DNA of 64,000 nt from an uncultured bacterium (GTDB lineage Bacteria > Oederibacteriota > JAAXVQ01 > JAUVAV01): positions 192,001 to 256,000 of the forward strand of contig CAVQBK010000003.1 in the NCBI GenBank assembly GCA_963710755.1. Direction: 5' to 3'. Position numbers and translations under genes: made by a program. This document shows positions 37,687 to 48,152 of the stretch, piece after piece. Below the pieces are notes generated by a model that was not told the origin of the DNA, searched no databases, and saw only the letters and a list, made by a program, of their open reading frames with translations. Position 1 is the stretch's first letter, and the number at the start of each line of letters is the position of its first letter.

Positions 37687-39657
37687 ATGTTTGGTAAACT
37701 GAGCCTGGCCGCGCTTCCCCTGAAAGACCCGCTTACGTTTGGCGCTTTTATATTTCTTGTACTGGCCGTCATCGCCGTGGCCCTTCTGATCACCTACCTG
37801 CACAGATGGAGGTGGCTGTGGAAAGAATGGCTGACCTCGGTGGATCATAAAAAAATCGGCGTCATGTATATCGTGGTGGCCAGCATGATGGGGCTGCGCG
37901 CTTTTATTGACGGCGTGATGATGCGCTCCCAGCAGGCCGTGGCCTTTGGCCCGGGCCAGGGACCCTTCAGTCCCGAGCTTTACAACCAGGTGTTCAGCGC
38001 TCATGGCACCATCATGATTCTGTTTATGGCCATGCCACTCCTGATCGGCCTGATTAATATTGTGGTGCCCTTGCAAATCGGCACCCGCGACGTGGCTTTT
38101 CCTTTCATGAATTCCATCAGCTTTTACCTGTTTGTGGTGGGCGCCGTGCTTGCCAACCTTTCCCTGGGCATTGGGCAGTTCTCCCAAGCCGGGTGGTCCG
38201 GCTATGCCCCCCTCACGGAAATCGGCTTTTCCCCGGGGGTGGGCGTCGATTATTACATCTGGAGTGTTGAAATATCGGGGATTGGAACCCTGCTCACGGG
38301 CATCAATTTTTTGGTCACCATACTGAGGCAGCGCGCGCCCGGCATGAGTTTGATGAAGATGCCGGTTTTCACCTGGACGGCTTTTTTCAGTTCCGTACTG
38401 ATCATTGGCGCTTTTCCCGTGCTCACCGTGGTCCTGGGACTTTTAGCCCTTGACCGCACTGCGGGCATGCACTTCTTTACCAATGCGCTTGGCGGCAACC
38501 CCATGATGTATGTGAACCTTTTTTGGGCCTGGGGCCATCCTGAGGTTTATATCCTGATCCTGCCTGCATTTGGAGTATTTGCCGAGACTTCAGCCACCTT
38601 CAGCGGTAACCCCTTGTTTGGCTACAAGTCCGTGGTGATGGCCACCCTGGCCATCGTGGTGCTTTCCTATTCGGTTTGGGTTCATCACTTTTTTACCATG
38701 GGCGCCGGCGGCAATGTGAACGCCGTGTTTGGCATATCGACCATGCTGATTGCCATCCCCACGGGCGTGAAGATATTAAATTGGTTGTTTACCATGTTTC
38801 GGGGCAGACTCCGGTATCATACGCCTGTGCTCTGGACGCTTGGGTTTATGGTGCTCTTTACCATCGGCGGCATGACGGGCATGATGCTCGCCATGCCGCC
38901 CGCTGATTTCGTACTGCATGCCAGCATGTTTTTGATTGCTCACTTTCACAATGTGATCGTCGGCGGTACTGTATTTGGCGCCATGGCCGGTTTCATCTAC
39001 TGGTTCCCAAAGGCCTTTGGGTTTAAACTTCACGAGCGCCTGGGCAAATCCGCCTTCTGGCTGTTCGCCAGCGGCTTTGTTCTCACTTTTGGACCGATGT
39101 ATATTCTGGGGTTTATGGGCATGACCCGGCGGCTTAATTATACAGAGAACCCCGCCTGGCGGCCTTTGCTCTGGATAGCGGCCCTTGGCGTGACCGTTTT
39201 TGCGCTCAGCTTACTTACCATGGCCATTCAATTGATCGTGAGCATACGCCAGCGCAAGCAAAACCGGGATCTCACGGGAGACCCCTGGGACGGCCGCACC
39301 CTTGAATGGTCCGTGCCTTCACCGCCACCGAGTTACAATTTTGCCATTATTCCCACGGTCACCGAACGCGATGCGTTTTGGGCGGCGAAGCAAAGCGGCC
39401 AAGGGAAAGCGCCTCAAGACTATAAGGATATTATGGAGCCGTGTAATACGTCGGCCGGTCTTTTTATCGGCGTCTTCAGTCTGCTTTTCGGATTTGCCAT
39501 GATTTGGCAGATCTGGTGGCTCGCCATCTTCGGCGTGATCGGTGTTATCGTAACCTTGATTATCCGCACGTCCAATGATCATATTTATAAAATGATAAGC
39601 GCTGAAGAAGTCCGGCGGGAAGACCTGGCCGCCTCAATGGGGCAGGCCGGGCATTAA
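37687..39657 (+). CDS. cyoB: Quinol oxidase subunit I
   Basis: [25 protein letters not shown] and AHFH ligand motifs. Confidence 0.96.
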   Translation: MFGKLSLAALPLKDPLTFGAFIFLVLAVIAVALLITYLHRWRWLWKEWLTSVDHKKIGVMYIVVASMMGLRAFIDGVMMRSQQAVAFGPGQGPFSPELYNQVFSAHGTIMILFMAMPLLIGLINIVVPLQIGTRDVAFPFMNSISFYLFVVGAVLANLSLGIGQFSQAGWSGYAPLTEIGFSPGVGVDYYIWSVEISGIGTLLTGINFLVTILRQRAPGMSLMKMPVFTWTAFFSSVLIIGAFPVLTVVLGLLALDRTAGMHFFTNALGGNPMMYVNLFWAWGHPEVYILILPAFGVFAETSATFSGNPLFGYKSVVMATLAIVVLSYSVWVHHFFTMGAGGNVNAVFGISTMLIAIPTGVKILNWLFTMFRGRLRYHTPVLWTLGFMVLFTIGGMTGMMLAMPPADFVLHASMFLIAHFHNVIVGGTVFGAMAGFIYWFPKAFGFKLHERLGKSAFWLFASGFVLTFGPMYILGFMGMTRRLNYTENPAWRPLLWIAALGVTVFALSLLTMAIQLIVSIRQRKQNRDLTGDPWDGRTLEWSVPSPPPSYNFAIIPTVTERDAFWAAKQSGQGKAPQDYKDIMEPCNTSAGLFIGVFSLLFGFAMIWQIWWLAIFGVIGVIVTLIIRTSNDHIYKMISAEEVRREDLAASMGQAGH

Positions 39658-39675
39658 GCGAAAAGAGAGGAATTC

Positions 39676-40275
39676 ATGAGCAATTCAACTGTACAAGAGC
39701 CCATCTACGGGGGGAGCGAAATTGCTTCTACCCGCTTATTCGGCTTCTGGGCTTATATCATGAGTGATTTAGTGCTGTTTGGAACCTTGTTTGTGACTTA
39801 TGCCGTTCTTTCCCGGAATTATGCAGGCGGGCCCACGGGAAAGGAACTCTTTAATCTGCGTGGGGTTCTGATGGAAACTTTTTTCCTTCTCACCAGCAGC
39901 TTTACTTACGGCCTGGCCACCGTATCGGCCGCCAAAGGCAGGCGCGGATGGTTGCTCGGGTTTATGGCCGTCACCTTTGCTCTTGGCGCCGGCTTTGTGG
40001 CCCACGAAATCCATGAATTCTCAGGATTGGTGGCAGCCGGGCATGGACCGGGGACAAGCGCCTTTTTATCCGCCTTTTTCACGCTCGTGGGGACCCATGG
40101 CCTTCACGTCAGTGTGGGCCTCCTCTGGATGGCGGTCCTGGCCGTACAGCTTGCCGCCAAAGGGCTTACACCGGCCACCAGCATTCGAGTAAAGACGCTG
40201 GGCTTGTTCTGGCACTTTCTGGACATTATCTGGATCTGTCTTTTTACCTTTGTTTATCTTATGGGGGCAATGTAA
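39676..40275 (+). CDS. cyoC: Quinol oxidase subunit III
   Basis: FGFWAYIMSD, LVGTHGLHV, FWHFLDIIW. Confidence 0.94.
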   Translation: MSNSTVQEPIYGGSEIASTRLFGFWAYIMSDLVLFGTLFVTYAVLSRNYAGGPTGKELFNLRGVLMETFFLLTSSFTYGLATVSAAKGRRGWLLGFMAVTFALGAGFVAHEIHEFSGLVAAGHGPGTSAFLSAFFTLVGTHGLHVSVGLLWMAVLAVQLAAKGLTPATSIRVKTLGLFWHFLDIIWICLFTFVYLMGAM

Positions 40276-40602
40276 ATGAATAATCCTTATGTTCCTCACG
40301 CCAAGCCCGGAGAACTCCGGGATTACACCATCGGCTACCTGCTGTCCCTTCTTCTGACCGTGGTGCCCTTTATTCTGGTAATGAATAAGGTGCTTTCCGC
40401 AACCATGGCCATCGTGGTGATCAGTGCCCTGGCGGTAACGCAAATGGCCGTGCACTTGACCTTATTTCTTCGCCTTCACAAGGCGTCGGACGAGCCCTTC
40501 AAACTTACCATCTTTTATTATACGCTGATTATTCTGGCCATCTTAGTGGGCGCTTCCATTTGGATTATGCATCATCTGGATATGTATCATATGGTGCCTT
40601 GA
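40276..40602 (+). CDS. cyoD: Quinol oxidase subunit IV
   Basis: YTIGYLLSLLLT, QMAVHL..FL, GASIWIM. Confidence 0.9.
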   Translation: MNNPYVPHAKPGELRDYTIGYLLSLLLTVVPFILVMNKVLSATMAIVVISALAVTQMAVHLTLFLRLHKASDEPFKLTIFYYTLIILAILVGASIWIMHHLDMYHMVP

Positions 40603-40649
40603 GCAAGCTCAAACAACGGCATTGAACAATACGGGAAGGGGTAACAACC

Positions 40650-41594
40650 ATGACATCTTTAAAAGCTTATACTTTACTGGCCTCCATCGCTTTGGCGTCG
40701 GTGTGTATTCTTATGGTTTTGGGAGGCGCTGTAAGCTTCATGGGGGCCGCCAAAGCCATCCCTGATTGGCCCTCAACCTTCGGGAGTATCCTGCCTCCGG
40801 CTGAACTGGGGGCCTTCGTCGAATACCTGCACCGGGTCATGGCGGTCATTGTGGGTCTGTTGGTCGTGGCCCTGGCCGTCATAGGACTGCTTAAGTTCCG
40901 TGCCCGGCCCTGGCTCCTGGTGCCGCCGCTTCTGACGATGGTATTGCTTGCCGTTGTTTCCACCGTGGGCGCCTTGGTTGTTCTCGGCTCCGTGTCGCCC
41001 ATCGTCGCGGCCGTGGATGTAGCCAGTGCCCTGATGGTGCTGGCCTTGATGGTCACCATGGTTCAGGTCGGCCTTTATCTCCTGCGCCATCCTCAGGGCA
41101 CTATCCGCCTTGGCTTCCGGGATCCCTTTTCCAAGTTGGCGCTTAGTGCCACTGCCGTATTGTATGTGGTCTTGTTATCCGGTCTTTCCGTGGGCATCCC
41201 CAGCCCTGCCAACTGCCTGGGCCTGCCCCTGTGGAACCATGCCTTATCCCTGGCCGGCCATGGGTCTTGGCTGCGAACAGGGCACTTCCTTTTATCCAAC
41301 GTGGCCGTCGTGCTCGTCTTCCTGGTGGCCATAACGTCCTGGACCCAATCGCGTCTGCAAACCCCACGGCGGTTTTTGGCTACCGCTGCCTTCCTATTGC
41401 TGATCACCTCCATAGGTGCCAGTGAGCTGGCGGCAGCCCATGGCTTTCCCTGGTCCCTGATGGCCATCCGCGTTTCCACGGCAACCTTGCTTTGGGCCGC
41501 GCTCACGGCATTGGTGGTTCACGAAGGCTTGCAAGCAGCGCTTCCTGAAACTGAAAAGGAATTAAGTGCTGTTGACAGCCTTAACCTGATATGA
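40650..41594 (+). CDS. Heme A synthase (CtaA/COX15)-like membrane protein, apparently degenerate
   Basis: PDWP and EYLHR motifs, about 8 TM helices; several conserved Cys/His appear to be missing. Confidence 0.7.
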   Translation: MTSLKAYTLLASIALASVCILMVLGGAVSFMGAAKAIPDWPSTFGSILPPAELGAFVEYLHRVMAVIVGLLVVALAVIGLLKFRARPWLLVPPLLTMVLLAVVSTVGALVVLGSVSPIVAAVDVASALMVLALMVTMVQVGLYLLRHPQGTIRLGFRDPFSKLALSATAVLYVVLLSGLSVGIPSPANCLGLPLWNHALSLAGHGSWLRTGHFLLSNVAVVLVFLVAITSWTQSRLQTPRRFLATAAFLLLITSIGASELAAAHGFPWSLMAIRVSTATLLWAALTALVVHEGLQAALPETEKELSAVDSLNLI

Positions 41595-42448
41595 ACCTTT
41601 GGAAAATTTATTCTTCCCTTTCCCGTTTTTATCTTTCTTTGGCCGTGGCCCTTTCCGGCTTGATCGGCTTTATTTTTTATGAGGGCCGGCTTAATTTAAA
41701 GGCCTTCATGCTTTTGCTGGGAATATTTTTGCTTTCCAATGCCGCTTCTGCCTTGAATCAATATCAGGAGCGAGCCTTGGACGCCCTCCTCCCGCGTACC
41801 CAAAACAGGCCCTTGCCGGCACAGGCTATTTCCATAAAAAGTAGTTGGTTGTTTATATGTTCAACTTGCCTTTCGGGCTTGCTCATTTTACTTTTGGGCG
41901 CAAATTTATTAACAGCCGTTTTAGGGGCTTTTAATTTGCTGTGGTATGGTGCGGTTTACACGCCTTTAAAAATGAAAACAAAATATGCCGTATTTTTAGG
42001 CGCCATTTGTGGGGTTATCCCGCCTATCATGGGCTGGACCGCGGCCGGCGGGTCGATGTTTAATTATAAAATTGTCTTTATTGCCTTATTTGTATTTTTA
42101 TGGCAAATCCCTCATGTTTTTCTTCTGCATTTAAAATATCAGAATGAGTTTGAATCGGCAAAGATGCCTTTAATTTTATCCACTTCCGACCAGCTTAAAA
42201 ATAGAAGGTTGGTGTTTTATTGGATCTTAGCCACGATCTTGTGCACTTTTCTATATCCATTTTTTAATATTTTTAACAAAAGTTGGTTGATCATACTTTT
42301 ATTAATAGTCGATGGGGTTGTTCTTCTTTATTCTTTTTATCACTTGTTTTTCATTCCCAAACTTTCAACCAGCATCAACAAATTAATCCTAAGTTTCCAT
42401 TTTTATCAGCTGATTATTTTTGCATTGATTATGCTGGCAACGGAATAA
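41591..42448 (+). CDS. cyoE: Protoheme IX farnesyltransferase (heme O synthase)
   Basis: ALNQYQERALDALLPRTQNRPLP, YTPLK, FLWQIPH. Confidence 0.9.
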   Translation: MNLWKIYSSLSRFYLSLAVALSGLIGFIFYEGRLNLKAFMLLLGIFLLSNAASALNQYQERALDALLPRTQNRPLPAQAISIKSSWLFICSTCLSGLLILLLGANLLTAVLGAFNLLWYGAVYTPLKMKTKYAVFLGAICGVIPPIMGWTAAGGSMFNYKIVFIALFVFLWQIPHVFLLHLKYQNEFESAKMPLILSTSDQLKNRRLVFYWILATILCTFLYPFFNIFNKSWLIILLLIVDGVVLLYSFYHLFFIPKLSTSINKLILSFHFYQLIIFALIMLATE

Positions 42449-42542
42449 AACCAGCGGAAGAGATGGGCACCACTTTTTCCCGTGGTCTTTGACGATCCAG
42501 CTTGCAATTTTATTTATGGAGAAGGCTGAGCCCGGACCACTG

Positions 42543-42630
42543 CTCCCCCAAGAAAAGCCGAATCTCGGATGGAGGCCGTCCCTGGGCAGGAGGGGCTATT
42601 AAGCTGTTATGGTGTTAACGTCCTGTTGAC
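42543..42630. repeat. RAYT-element end module (solo end, ...TTAAGCTGTTATGGTGTTAACGTCC)
   Basis: Near-identical to 44251-44337 and related to the terminal repeat of the 219-bp element. Confidence 0.7.
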
Positions 42631-42635
42631 TTCAA

Positions 42636-43013
42636 TCACGATCTGGCGAGACCACGTTCTAATATAGCAATCACTTCCGTATTCAGGCTGACGCCTTCCC
42701 GCTCTGCCTCCAAGGCAAGACGTTCATGCAGCGTTTTCGGAACCCGCACATTGAATTTTCCACTATATTTTTCCCGGGGCAATGGGATCGATCGTCCTCG
42801 CCTTAATTCTTCCTCCAGCCAAACCTCCTTGGCTTCGGCAATCATTTTTAACGCCTCTTCCTCCGTCTCACCTTGTGATACACAGCCGGGCAGATCAGGG
42901 ATGACCGCAACATAACCGCCGTCTTGATTATCCGGAATTAAATCCACACGGTACTTCAATTTAATATACTTTAAGAGATCGGCTTTGATATTCCTACCAG
43001 CCATGGTTATCAT
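42636..43013 (-). CDS. hicB: HicB antitoxin with C-terminal RHH
   Basis: GGYVAVIPDLPGCVSQGET, YSGKFNVRVPKTLH, GVSLN. Confidence 0.92.
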   Translation of the reverse strand: MITMAGRNIKADLLKYIKLKYRVDLIPDNQDGGYVAVIPDLPGCVSQGETEEEALKMIAEAKEVWLEEELRRGRSIPLPREKYSGKFNVRVPKTLHERLALEAEREGVSLNTEVIAILERGLARS

Positions 43014-43252
43014 TCCTCTCCGCTAAGATAGCGCGCAAGCACAGTTCGCACTTGTTCCACGTAACAGCGCTTTACAGGATTATTCCTGGGCAATGTGATG
43101 GTGGTATATTTCTGATGTGAAAAAACCGTATGGCTGCCTTTGCCCTGTCTTTCCACATAGCCCAGTTTCAACAATACTTTGACAATTTCCGAGTACCTAA
43201 TCTCTCTTCTCTTATCCATGACTGCAAATAAGAGTTTATCCAGCTTGGTCAT
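43010..43252 (-). CDS. hicA: HicA mRNA interferase toxin
   Basis: GKGSH motif, 80 aa, ATGA overlap with hicB. Confidence 0.9.
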   Translation of the reverse strand: MTKLDKLLFAVMDKRREIRYSEIVKVLLKLGYVERQGKGSHTVFSHQKYTTITLPRNNPVKRCYVEQVRTVLARYLSGEE

Positions 43253-43450
43253 GAAATGTCCTTCTTTTTATGGTACTATATTCGGTACTACATATCAATA
43301 GCTTAATAATTTAAATAGCCGCGCGCCAAAACAGGGATGCCGGCGCCAAGGTTTAAATTATTGGACCGGAAAACAGCAATTTTCTTTCGAAAAATGTTAA
43401 TTTTTTCCCTTCCTCCCCGTCCCCCGTGCCTCCCTGTGAATAGTCCTTTT

Positions 43451-43738
43451 TTATCTTGTCCCGTTTTTTAATCTCTTCACTTCTTCCACCACCGCCATCT
43501 CTATGACCGTCCGCAAGCTCCACACAATCTCATTGACCATGGTTAGATCCATCTCCTCCGGACAGGCCGCCACGGGGTTGGCCTCCATCATACATGTGTA
43601 CTCCCCGGCCCAATGAAAGATAGGAATCTCCTTGAGCAGGATACGGTTGTCAATGGTCACCCGGGCTATGCCGATAATAGCGGATAAGTTCGAAGTGCTG
43701 GGGTAGATGGTGATGGAGAGATTGGGGGATTGGGGCAT
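43451..43738 (-). CDS. SpoVG-like small protein (copy 1)
   Basis: IGIARVTIDNRILLKEIPIF...LRTVIEMAVVEE resembles the SpoVG pattern; near-identical to 47432-47719. Confidence 0.55.
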   Translation of the reverse strand: MPQSPNLSITIYPSTSNLSAIIGIARVTIDNRILLKEIPIFHWAGEYTCMMEANPVAACPEEMDLTMVNEIVWSLRTVIEMAVVEEVKRLKNGTR

Positions 43739-43856
43739 GGGGCGTTCCTTGTGTGGCTTATTTTCCATATTATGCCAATCCTTCGGTTTAAGGTCAAGGT
43801 TTTTATGTGGCTAACTTTCTGTTTGCTAATTTTCTGCAAGGAATTAGATTACTGCC

Positions 43857-44168
43857 ATGCCTACTAAGTCTAAAGAATCAAACATCATTCAAAAGAGCAT
43901 GGGCCATGTCATTCGGACATTGCGTTTCAAGCTGAATCTTACCCAAAGTCAGCTGGCCGAAAAAGCCGGCCTGGACCGCACCTATATTGGGGATATTGAA
44001 ATCGGCGGCCGCAATATCGCCCTGCGCACTTTCTTTCGCCTAGCTGCAGCCCTTGAGGTGTCGCCGGACAAGTTCATGAAATTATTGACCAAACAACTGG
44101 AAGCGGATCATAAGGGATTTGATTGGAAGAAACTCATGGAAAAAGATAAGTGGGTGGAGAGAGGGTAA
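43857..44168 (+). CDS. XRE/Cro-C1 HTH regulator (copy 1)
   Basis: LTQSQLAEKAGLDRTYIGDIEIGGRN. Confidence 0.9.
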   Translation: MPTKSKESNIIQKSMGHVIRTLRFKLNLTQSQLAEKAGLDRTYIGDIEIGGRNIALRTFFRLAAALEVSPDKFMKLLTKQLEADHKGFDWKKLMEKDKWVERG

Positions 44169-44197
44169 AGGTAGGTATCAAAATAACAGCATGTATT

Positions 44198-44238
44198 TCC
44201 CCTCGCCCCGTGCCAGCGGGGAGAGGTTGGGTGAGGGG
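44198..44238. repeat. REP-like hairpin (CCCCTCGCCCC...GGGGAGAGG...GTGAGGGG), copy 1
   Basis: Identical copy at 48182-48222; related sequence near 23420-23457. Confidence 0.6.
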
Positions 44239-44304
44239 CCCAGTATACTCCTCCCCCAAAAAAGTCGAATCTCGGGTGGATGCCGTCCCTGGGCAGGAGG
44301 GGCA

Positions 44305-44331
44305 ATTAAGTTGTTATGTTGTTAACGTCCC
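44305..44331. repeat. RAYT-element end (ATTAAGTTGTTATGTTGTTAACGTCCC)
   Basis: Identical to the reverse complement of the core of the 219-bp element's left end. Confidence 0.8.
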
Positions 44332-44376
44332 GTTGACCCGTATTTCCGGCGCATTTTTTAAAGAAAGGGGCAAACC

Positions 44377-45873
44377 ATGAAAAAGTTAACTTATAGCCTG
44401 CTCTTATGTGGGCTTATATTGGATGGTTCCGTTCACGCTGAACTCGTCGAAAGAGGAACGCTCTCCGGCATCGTAACCACCTTTGACTCGGACAACGCAG
44501 GCGTTCTGTACCGAAACAGTGCCTCTGAGTATTGGCACCTAACTCGAGGCGGCGACGCCAAAAAACTTATCGCCAATTCACATTCTGAACGTGTGACATC
44601 GGTGTCACCTCAGCGCACTTACGCCCTTCTCCGCGGAATGGAAGGCATTCACATTGTGAAACTCAAAACCGGAGAAAAAATCCCCATAAAATTTAAGTTG
44701 AATTTTTCTCATCATGCTACCTGGCTTTTGGATGAAAGTAAATTCGCCTTTGTATCACGAAACAAGAAAGAAAGTGAACGCCCGGTTCTTTCTAATTTTA
44801 CTGAAAATCTCTATCTTTTTAATGTTATTGAGTATGTCAAGGATTACAAGAATCGGTCACTCGCGGATATCGGTAATTATACAACAAAACTTACAACGTA
44901 TACCAAAGGCTTTTGGATAGACAATCTCGCCTGGGCTACCGATCAGAAGAGACTTGCCTTTGGAACCTACCATCCGGAGAAAGTGAACAATCAATCTAAG
45001 TATTTTCATACGATAGAAGTTGTTGATATCTCCAGTGAAATGATTTCTACTGTAGCCAAGATGCCCAGCGATGGAATCTATTGGACCGGAAAGGATTCGC
45101 TGGCGTTTTTCGGCTATACCAAAGCAGGTGGTTGGACGCTCTACGCCAAAGAAGGCCAAGGGCCTGTAAAGCAACTCGTTCAGGGACGACCACACCATTG
45201 GGCTTTTTCCGAACAAGAGCGGAGTTATTTATACGACATGCCGCCTCACTCATCAAATCCGGGAAACGAACACTTTTGGAAGAATTTGGATAATAAAAGC
45301 ATGACCAGGATAGTAGGTGCTCTAAGGAATCCGATGTTATCCAAGGACGGAAAGTGGCTCTCATTCCAAGTCCCTGATACACTGGACAAAGCCATGGCCA
45401 TCTTGGTTGAAACAAAACTCATCTCAGAGCGTGCCGTTAATGGGACAGTCAAGGTTGAGGACCTCATCCAAATACGTATGGGAGAAAGGCCATCAGTTTA
45501 TGACGTGAAGTCGTCACCCCTCCCTCAGCCATCGGTCACTTTTCGTTTGAATGATGTACAGGCCAATCAGGAATTCATCTCGTATGAGCTACATCTAAAG
45601 AATGAATTCAATGACAGGTACTTGCGTTTTAAATTTGTAAACCAACAGCAGATTGCCGGCAAAATTACAGACGCAACTGGCAATGAAGTCCTATCATGGC
45701 CGAGGATCGTTCAACCTGCCGTTTCAGCTTTCCTCGTGGGGCCGCATGAAACCAAGGTGTTCAGCGGACGTACCTCTTCCTCGTTGAAACCGGGTCAGAC
45801 CTATACCGTCGCCTTTGAACTGATAGGATACCAAAACATTCCGACAGTCCAAACACAATTTACAGTCGACTAG
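44377..45873 (+). CDS. Secreted TolB-like beta-propeller protein with C-terminal Ig-like domain
   Basis: Signal peptide (MKKL...VHA); blade motifs WLLDESKFAF, WATDQKRLAF, LSKDGKWLSF. Confidence 0.7.
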   Translation: MKKLTYSLLLCGLILDGSVHAELVERGTLSGIVTTFDSDNAGVLYRNSASEYWHLTRGGDAKKLIANSHSERVTSVSPQRTYALLRGMEGIHIVKLKTGEKIPIKFKLNFSHHATWLLDESKFAFVSRNKKESERPVLSNFTENLYLFNVIEYVKDYKNRSLADIGNYTTKLTTYTKGFWIDNLAWATDQKRLAFGTYHPEKVNNQSKYFHTIEVVDISSEMISTVAKMPSDGIYWTGKDSLAFFGYTKAGGWTLYAKEGQGPVKQLVQGRPHHWAFSEQERSYLYDMPPHSSNPGNEHFWKNLDNKSMTRIVGALRNPMLSKDGKWLSFQVPDTLDKAMAILVETKLISERAVNGTVKVEDLIQIRMGERPSVYDVKSSPLPQPSVTFRLNDVQANQEFISYELHLKNEFNDRYLRFKFVNQQQIAGKITDATGNEVLSWPRIVQPAVSAFLVGPHETKVFSGRTSSSLKPGQTYTVAFELIGYQNIPTVQTQFTVD

Positions 45874-45954
45874 TTCCTGCTGGGCATATGTGGATATGGG
45901 ACGAACCTAACTAATGATTCCTGAGAAGTAAGTACCTTTTTTGAAGTCGAATAA

Positions 45955-46173
45955 GTTCTAGGGGACGTTAACAACATAACAACTTAATAGACAGTTCCAA
46001 ATAAATGCAGTTATAATTACACCATGCCACGACAAAAACGACTGAATTTACCAGGGTAACAGACATTTAAGTGAGCGCCAAAGAACAAGCGGTATCGAAA
46101 TGGTTCGAAAAAGGAAGGGAGATTTGTGAACGAAAAAATATAAAGTTGTTAAGTTGTTAACGTCCCGTAGAAC
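45955..46173 (+). mobile_element. 219-bp miniature inverted-repeat element derived from a RAYT/Y1 transposase gene (copy 1)
   Basis: About 35-bp imperfect terminal inverted repeats GTTCTA(G/C)GGGACGTTAACAAC(A/T)TAACAACTT(A/T)ATA; interior encodes MPRQKRLNLPG* and ...QAVSKWFEKGREICERKNIKLLSC*. Confidence 0.85.
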
Positions 46174-46314
46174 ACTTTCTTTCGCCTAGCTGCAGCCCTT
46201 GAGGTGTCGCCGGACAAGTTCATGAAATTATTGGCCAAACAACTGGAAGCGGATCATAAGGGATTTGATTGGAAGAAACTCATGGAAAAAGATAAGTGGG
46301 TGGAGCGGGGTTGA
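46174..46314 (+). pseudogene. 3' fragment of the XRE regulator (third copy)
   Basis: Near-identical to 44028-44168; begins immediately at the end of the 219-bp element. Confidence 0.85.
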
Positions 46315-46338
46315 TGGGGGGATAATTTCTTTGCTGGT

Positions 46339-47211
46339 TCAAACAAAATATCCGTCTTTCTTTAAAAACCGCTCATGTTTTTTCCTGTTACAATAAGGTG
46401 CATAAATTATTCCATCCCACTTCCATATTTTTTGATCATTAAATATAATGTCTATATTCATAGTTGTGTTTAATATTTTCTCCCACAGGTTTTTATAGGG
46501 ATTAATGCACAACGAAGATTGAAAGCAATCTTTTGCAGTACAAGTATTGTTAGCCGTATATTCATCAAAAGACTTCGAAACGATCCCCCCGATTATATCT
46601 ATTATTTTGATCGCTCTAGCTTCATCTGAATATTTTTCTGATTTTTTGGGAATAAAATAAGGGCCGCCCAGTATTACTTTTTTTTCTCGCGCCAAATCAT
46701 GAATCTGTACCTTGATTTTATCCTGATACTTACGGTCATTAATATCAATGAACCAATCCACTTTGGGGTTATTGAACAAATATGATCCTGGCTGATGGAA
46801 ATTAAGTTTTTTTACAAAAGGAAATATTCTTTTAAATCCATATAAATAACCATTTTGTGCATGCCCGGCTATTATTGCTTTGTCTGTCAATTTTTGTCCG
46901 CATTCTACTTCTGATTTATTTAGAATATAAAAACCTAGAAGGCAAATATAGTCTCTGTTATTTCCCGATAAAAGCTCCGTAACAAAACCCTCAAGGGCAC
47001 AAGGATCGTCTTTAGCGACTTTCTTTAACTCAGACCATTTTCGCAAACGGGATTTAAGATATTTTCTTGAGCAGGAGCGGGCGATTTCAATGAATTTCTT
47101 CATCGATTCTTCGCCGGGAAAGCACGCCATTGAAATGATGTAATTTCTTGTGGCTCCAGAATAGGTTGTTCCCAAACATCCTGATTCATCGGAGATAACG
47201 ATGAGTCGCAA
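46339..47211 (-). CDS. DUF3800-like (RNase H-fold, DESG) protein
   Basis: N-terminal LIVISDESG, a later acidic FID strand and IKIIDIIGG (cf. QxAD helix). Likely TTG start at 47211; ATG 47241 lies inside the RNA stem. Confidence 0.6.
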   Translation of the reverse strand: MRLIVISDESGCLGTTYSGATRNYIISMACFPGEESMKKFIEIARSCSRKYLKSRLRKWSELKKVAKDDPCALEGFVTELLSGNNRDYICLLGFYILNKSEVECGQKLTDKAIIAGHAQNGYLYGFKRIFPFVKKLNFHQPGSYLFNNPKVDWFIDINDRKYQDKIKVQIHDLAREKKVILGGPYFIPKKSEKYSDEARAIKIIDIIGGIVSKSFDEYTANNTCTAKDCFQSSLCINPYKNLWEKILNTTMNIDIIFNDQKIWKWDGIIYAPYCNRKKHERFLKKDGYFV

Positions 47212-47222
47212 CTTTTTACCCC

Positions 47223-47293
47223 AAAAAAATAGCCCCGTCATACCCTCTCAAAGAGAGGTGAGTTCTCGACAAGGGCGAGAACCGACGGGGCTA
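47223..47293 (-). ncRNA. Three-helix-junction structured RNA upstream of the DUF3800-like gene
   Basis: Perfect stems 47230-39/47284-93, 47244-49/47253-58 and 47262-68/47276-82, followed by a U-run on the minus strand. Confidence 0.6.
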
Positions 47294-47431
47294 ATATAGG
47301 ACACCAATAATTTCTAAATAGAGTATATCTCAGCTTTTTATTGCCTACAAGTATAATTTTAAAGTTTTTATGATCCCCTTAAATTATCGGCATAATATTG
47401 CTGATCCTAAATTTAATATGCCTATTCCCTT

Positions 47432-47719
47432 TTATCTTGTCCCGTTTTTTAATCTCTTCACTTCTTCCACCACCGCCATCTCTATGACCGCCCGCAAGCT
47501 CCACACAATCTCATTGACCATGGTTAGATCCATCTTCTCCGGGCAGGCCGCCACGGGCTTGGCCTCCATCATACATGTGTACTCTCCGGCCCAATGAAAG
47601 ATAGGAATCTCCTTGAGCAGGATACGGTTGTCAATGGTCACCCGGGCTATGCCGATAATAGCGGATAAGTTCGAAGTGCTGGGGTAGATGGTGATGGAGA
47701 GATTGGGGGAGTGGGGCAT
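47432..47719 (-). CDS. SpoVG-like small protein (copy 2)
   Basis: Differs from copy 1 at only a few residues. Confidence 0.55.
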   Translation of the reverse strand: MPHSPNLSITIYPSTSNLSAIIGIARVTIDNRILLKEIPIFHWAGEYTCMMEAKPVAACPEKMDLTMVNEIVWSLRAVIEMAVVEEVKRLKNGTR

Positions 47720-47840
47720 AAAAATCTTCCTTTTGTTACTAATTTGCTACCAAGAGTATATCCAATTCATAAAAGGAGATCAAGCCAATTGTACATAACT
47801 TGCCATTTACTTATTTTCTACAAACCTCTAATGTTGCCCT

Positions 47841-48152
47841 ATGCCTTCAAAATCTAAAGAGAAAAATATAATCCAAGTTACCTTAGGTCATATTATAAGG
47901 GACTTACGCTACAAGCTTCACCTTACTCAAGAACAGTTGGCCGAACGGGCTAGTGTAAACCGTTCCTATATTGCTGATCTTGAATTAGGCGGACGCAACA
48001 TGGCCTTTCGCAATATTCTACGGCTATCCGTCGCCCTGGAAATCACGCCAGATAAATTATTCAAATTGCTTCTCAAACGACTTGAAACAGATCAAAAAGG
48101 ATTTGATTTGAAGAAGTTTATGGAAAAAGATAAGTGGGTGGAGAGAGGGTAA
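47841..48152 (+). CDS. XRE/Cro-C1 HTH regulator (copy 2)
   Basis: LTQEQLAERASVNRSYIADLELGGRN; same length as copy 1. Confidence 0.9.
   Translation: MPSKSKEKNIIQVTLGHIIRDLRYKLHLTQEQLAERASVNRSYIADLELGGRNMAFRNILRLSVALEITPDKLFKLLLKRLETDQKGFDLKKFMEKDKWVERG

Noticed and set aside
47297-47320. GGACACCAATAATTT resembling the end at 56095
   Set aside because: Too short and degenerate to count as an element end without a motif model.
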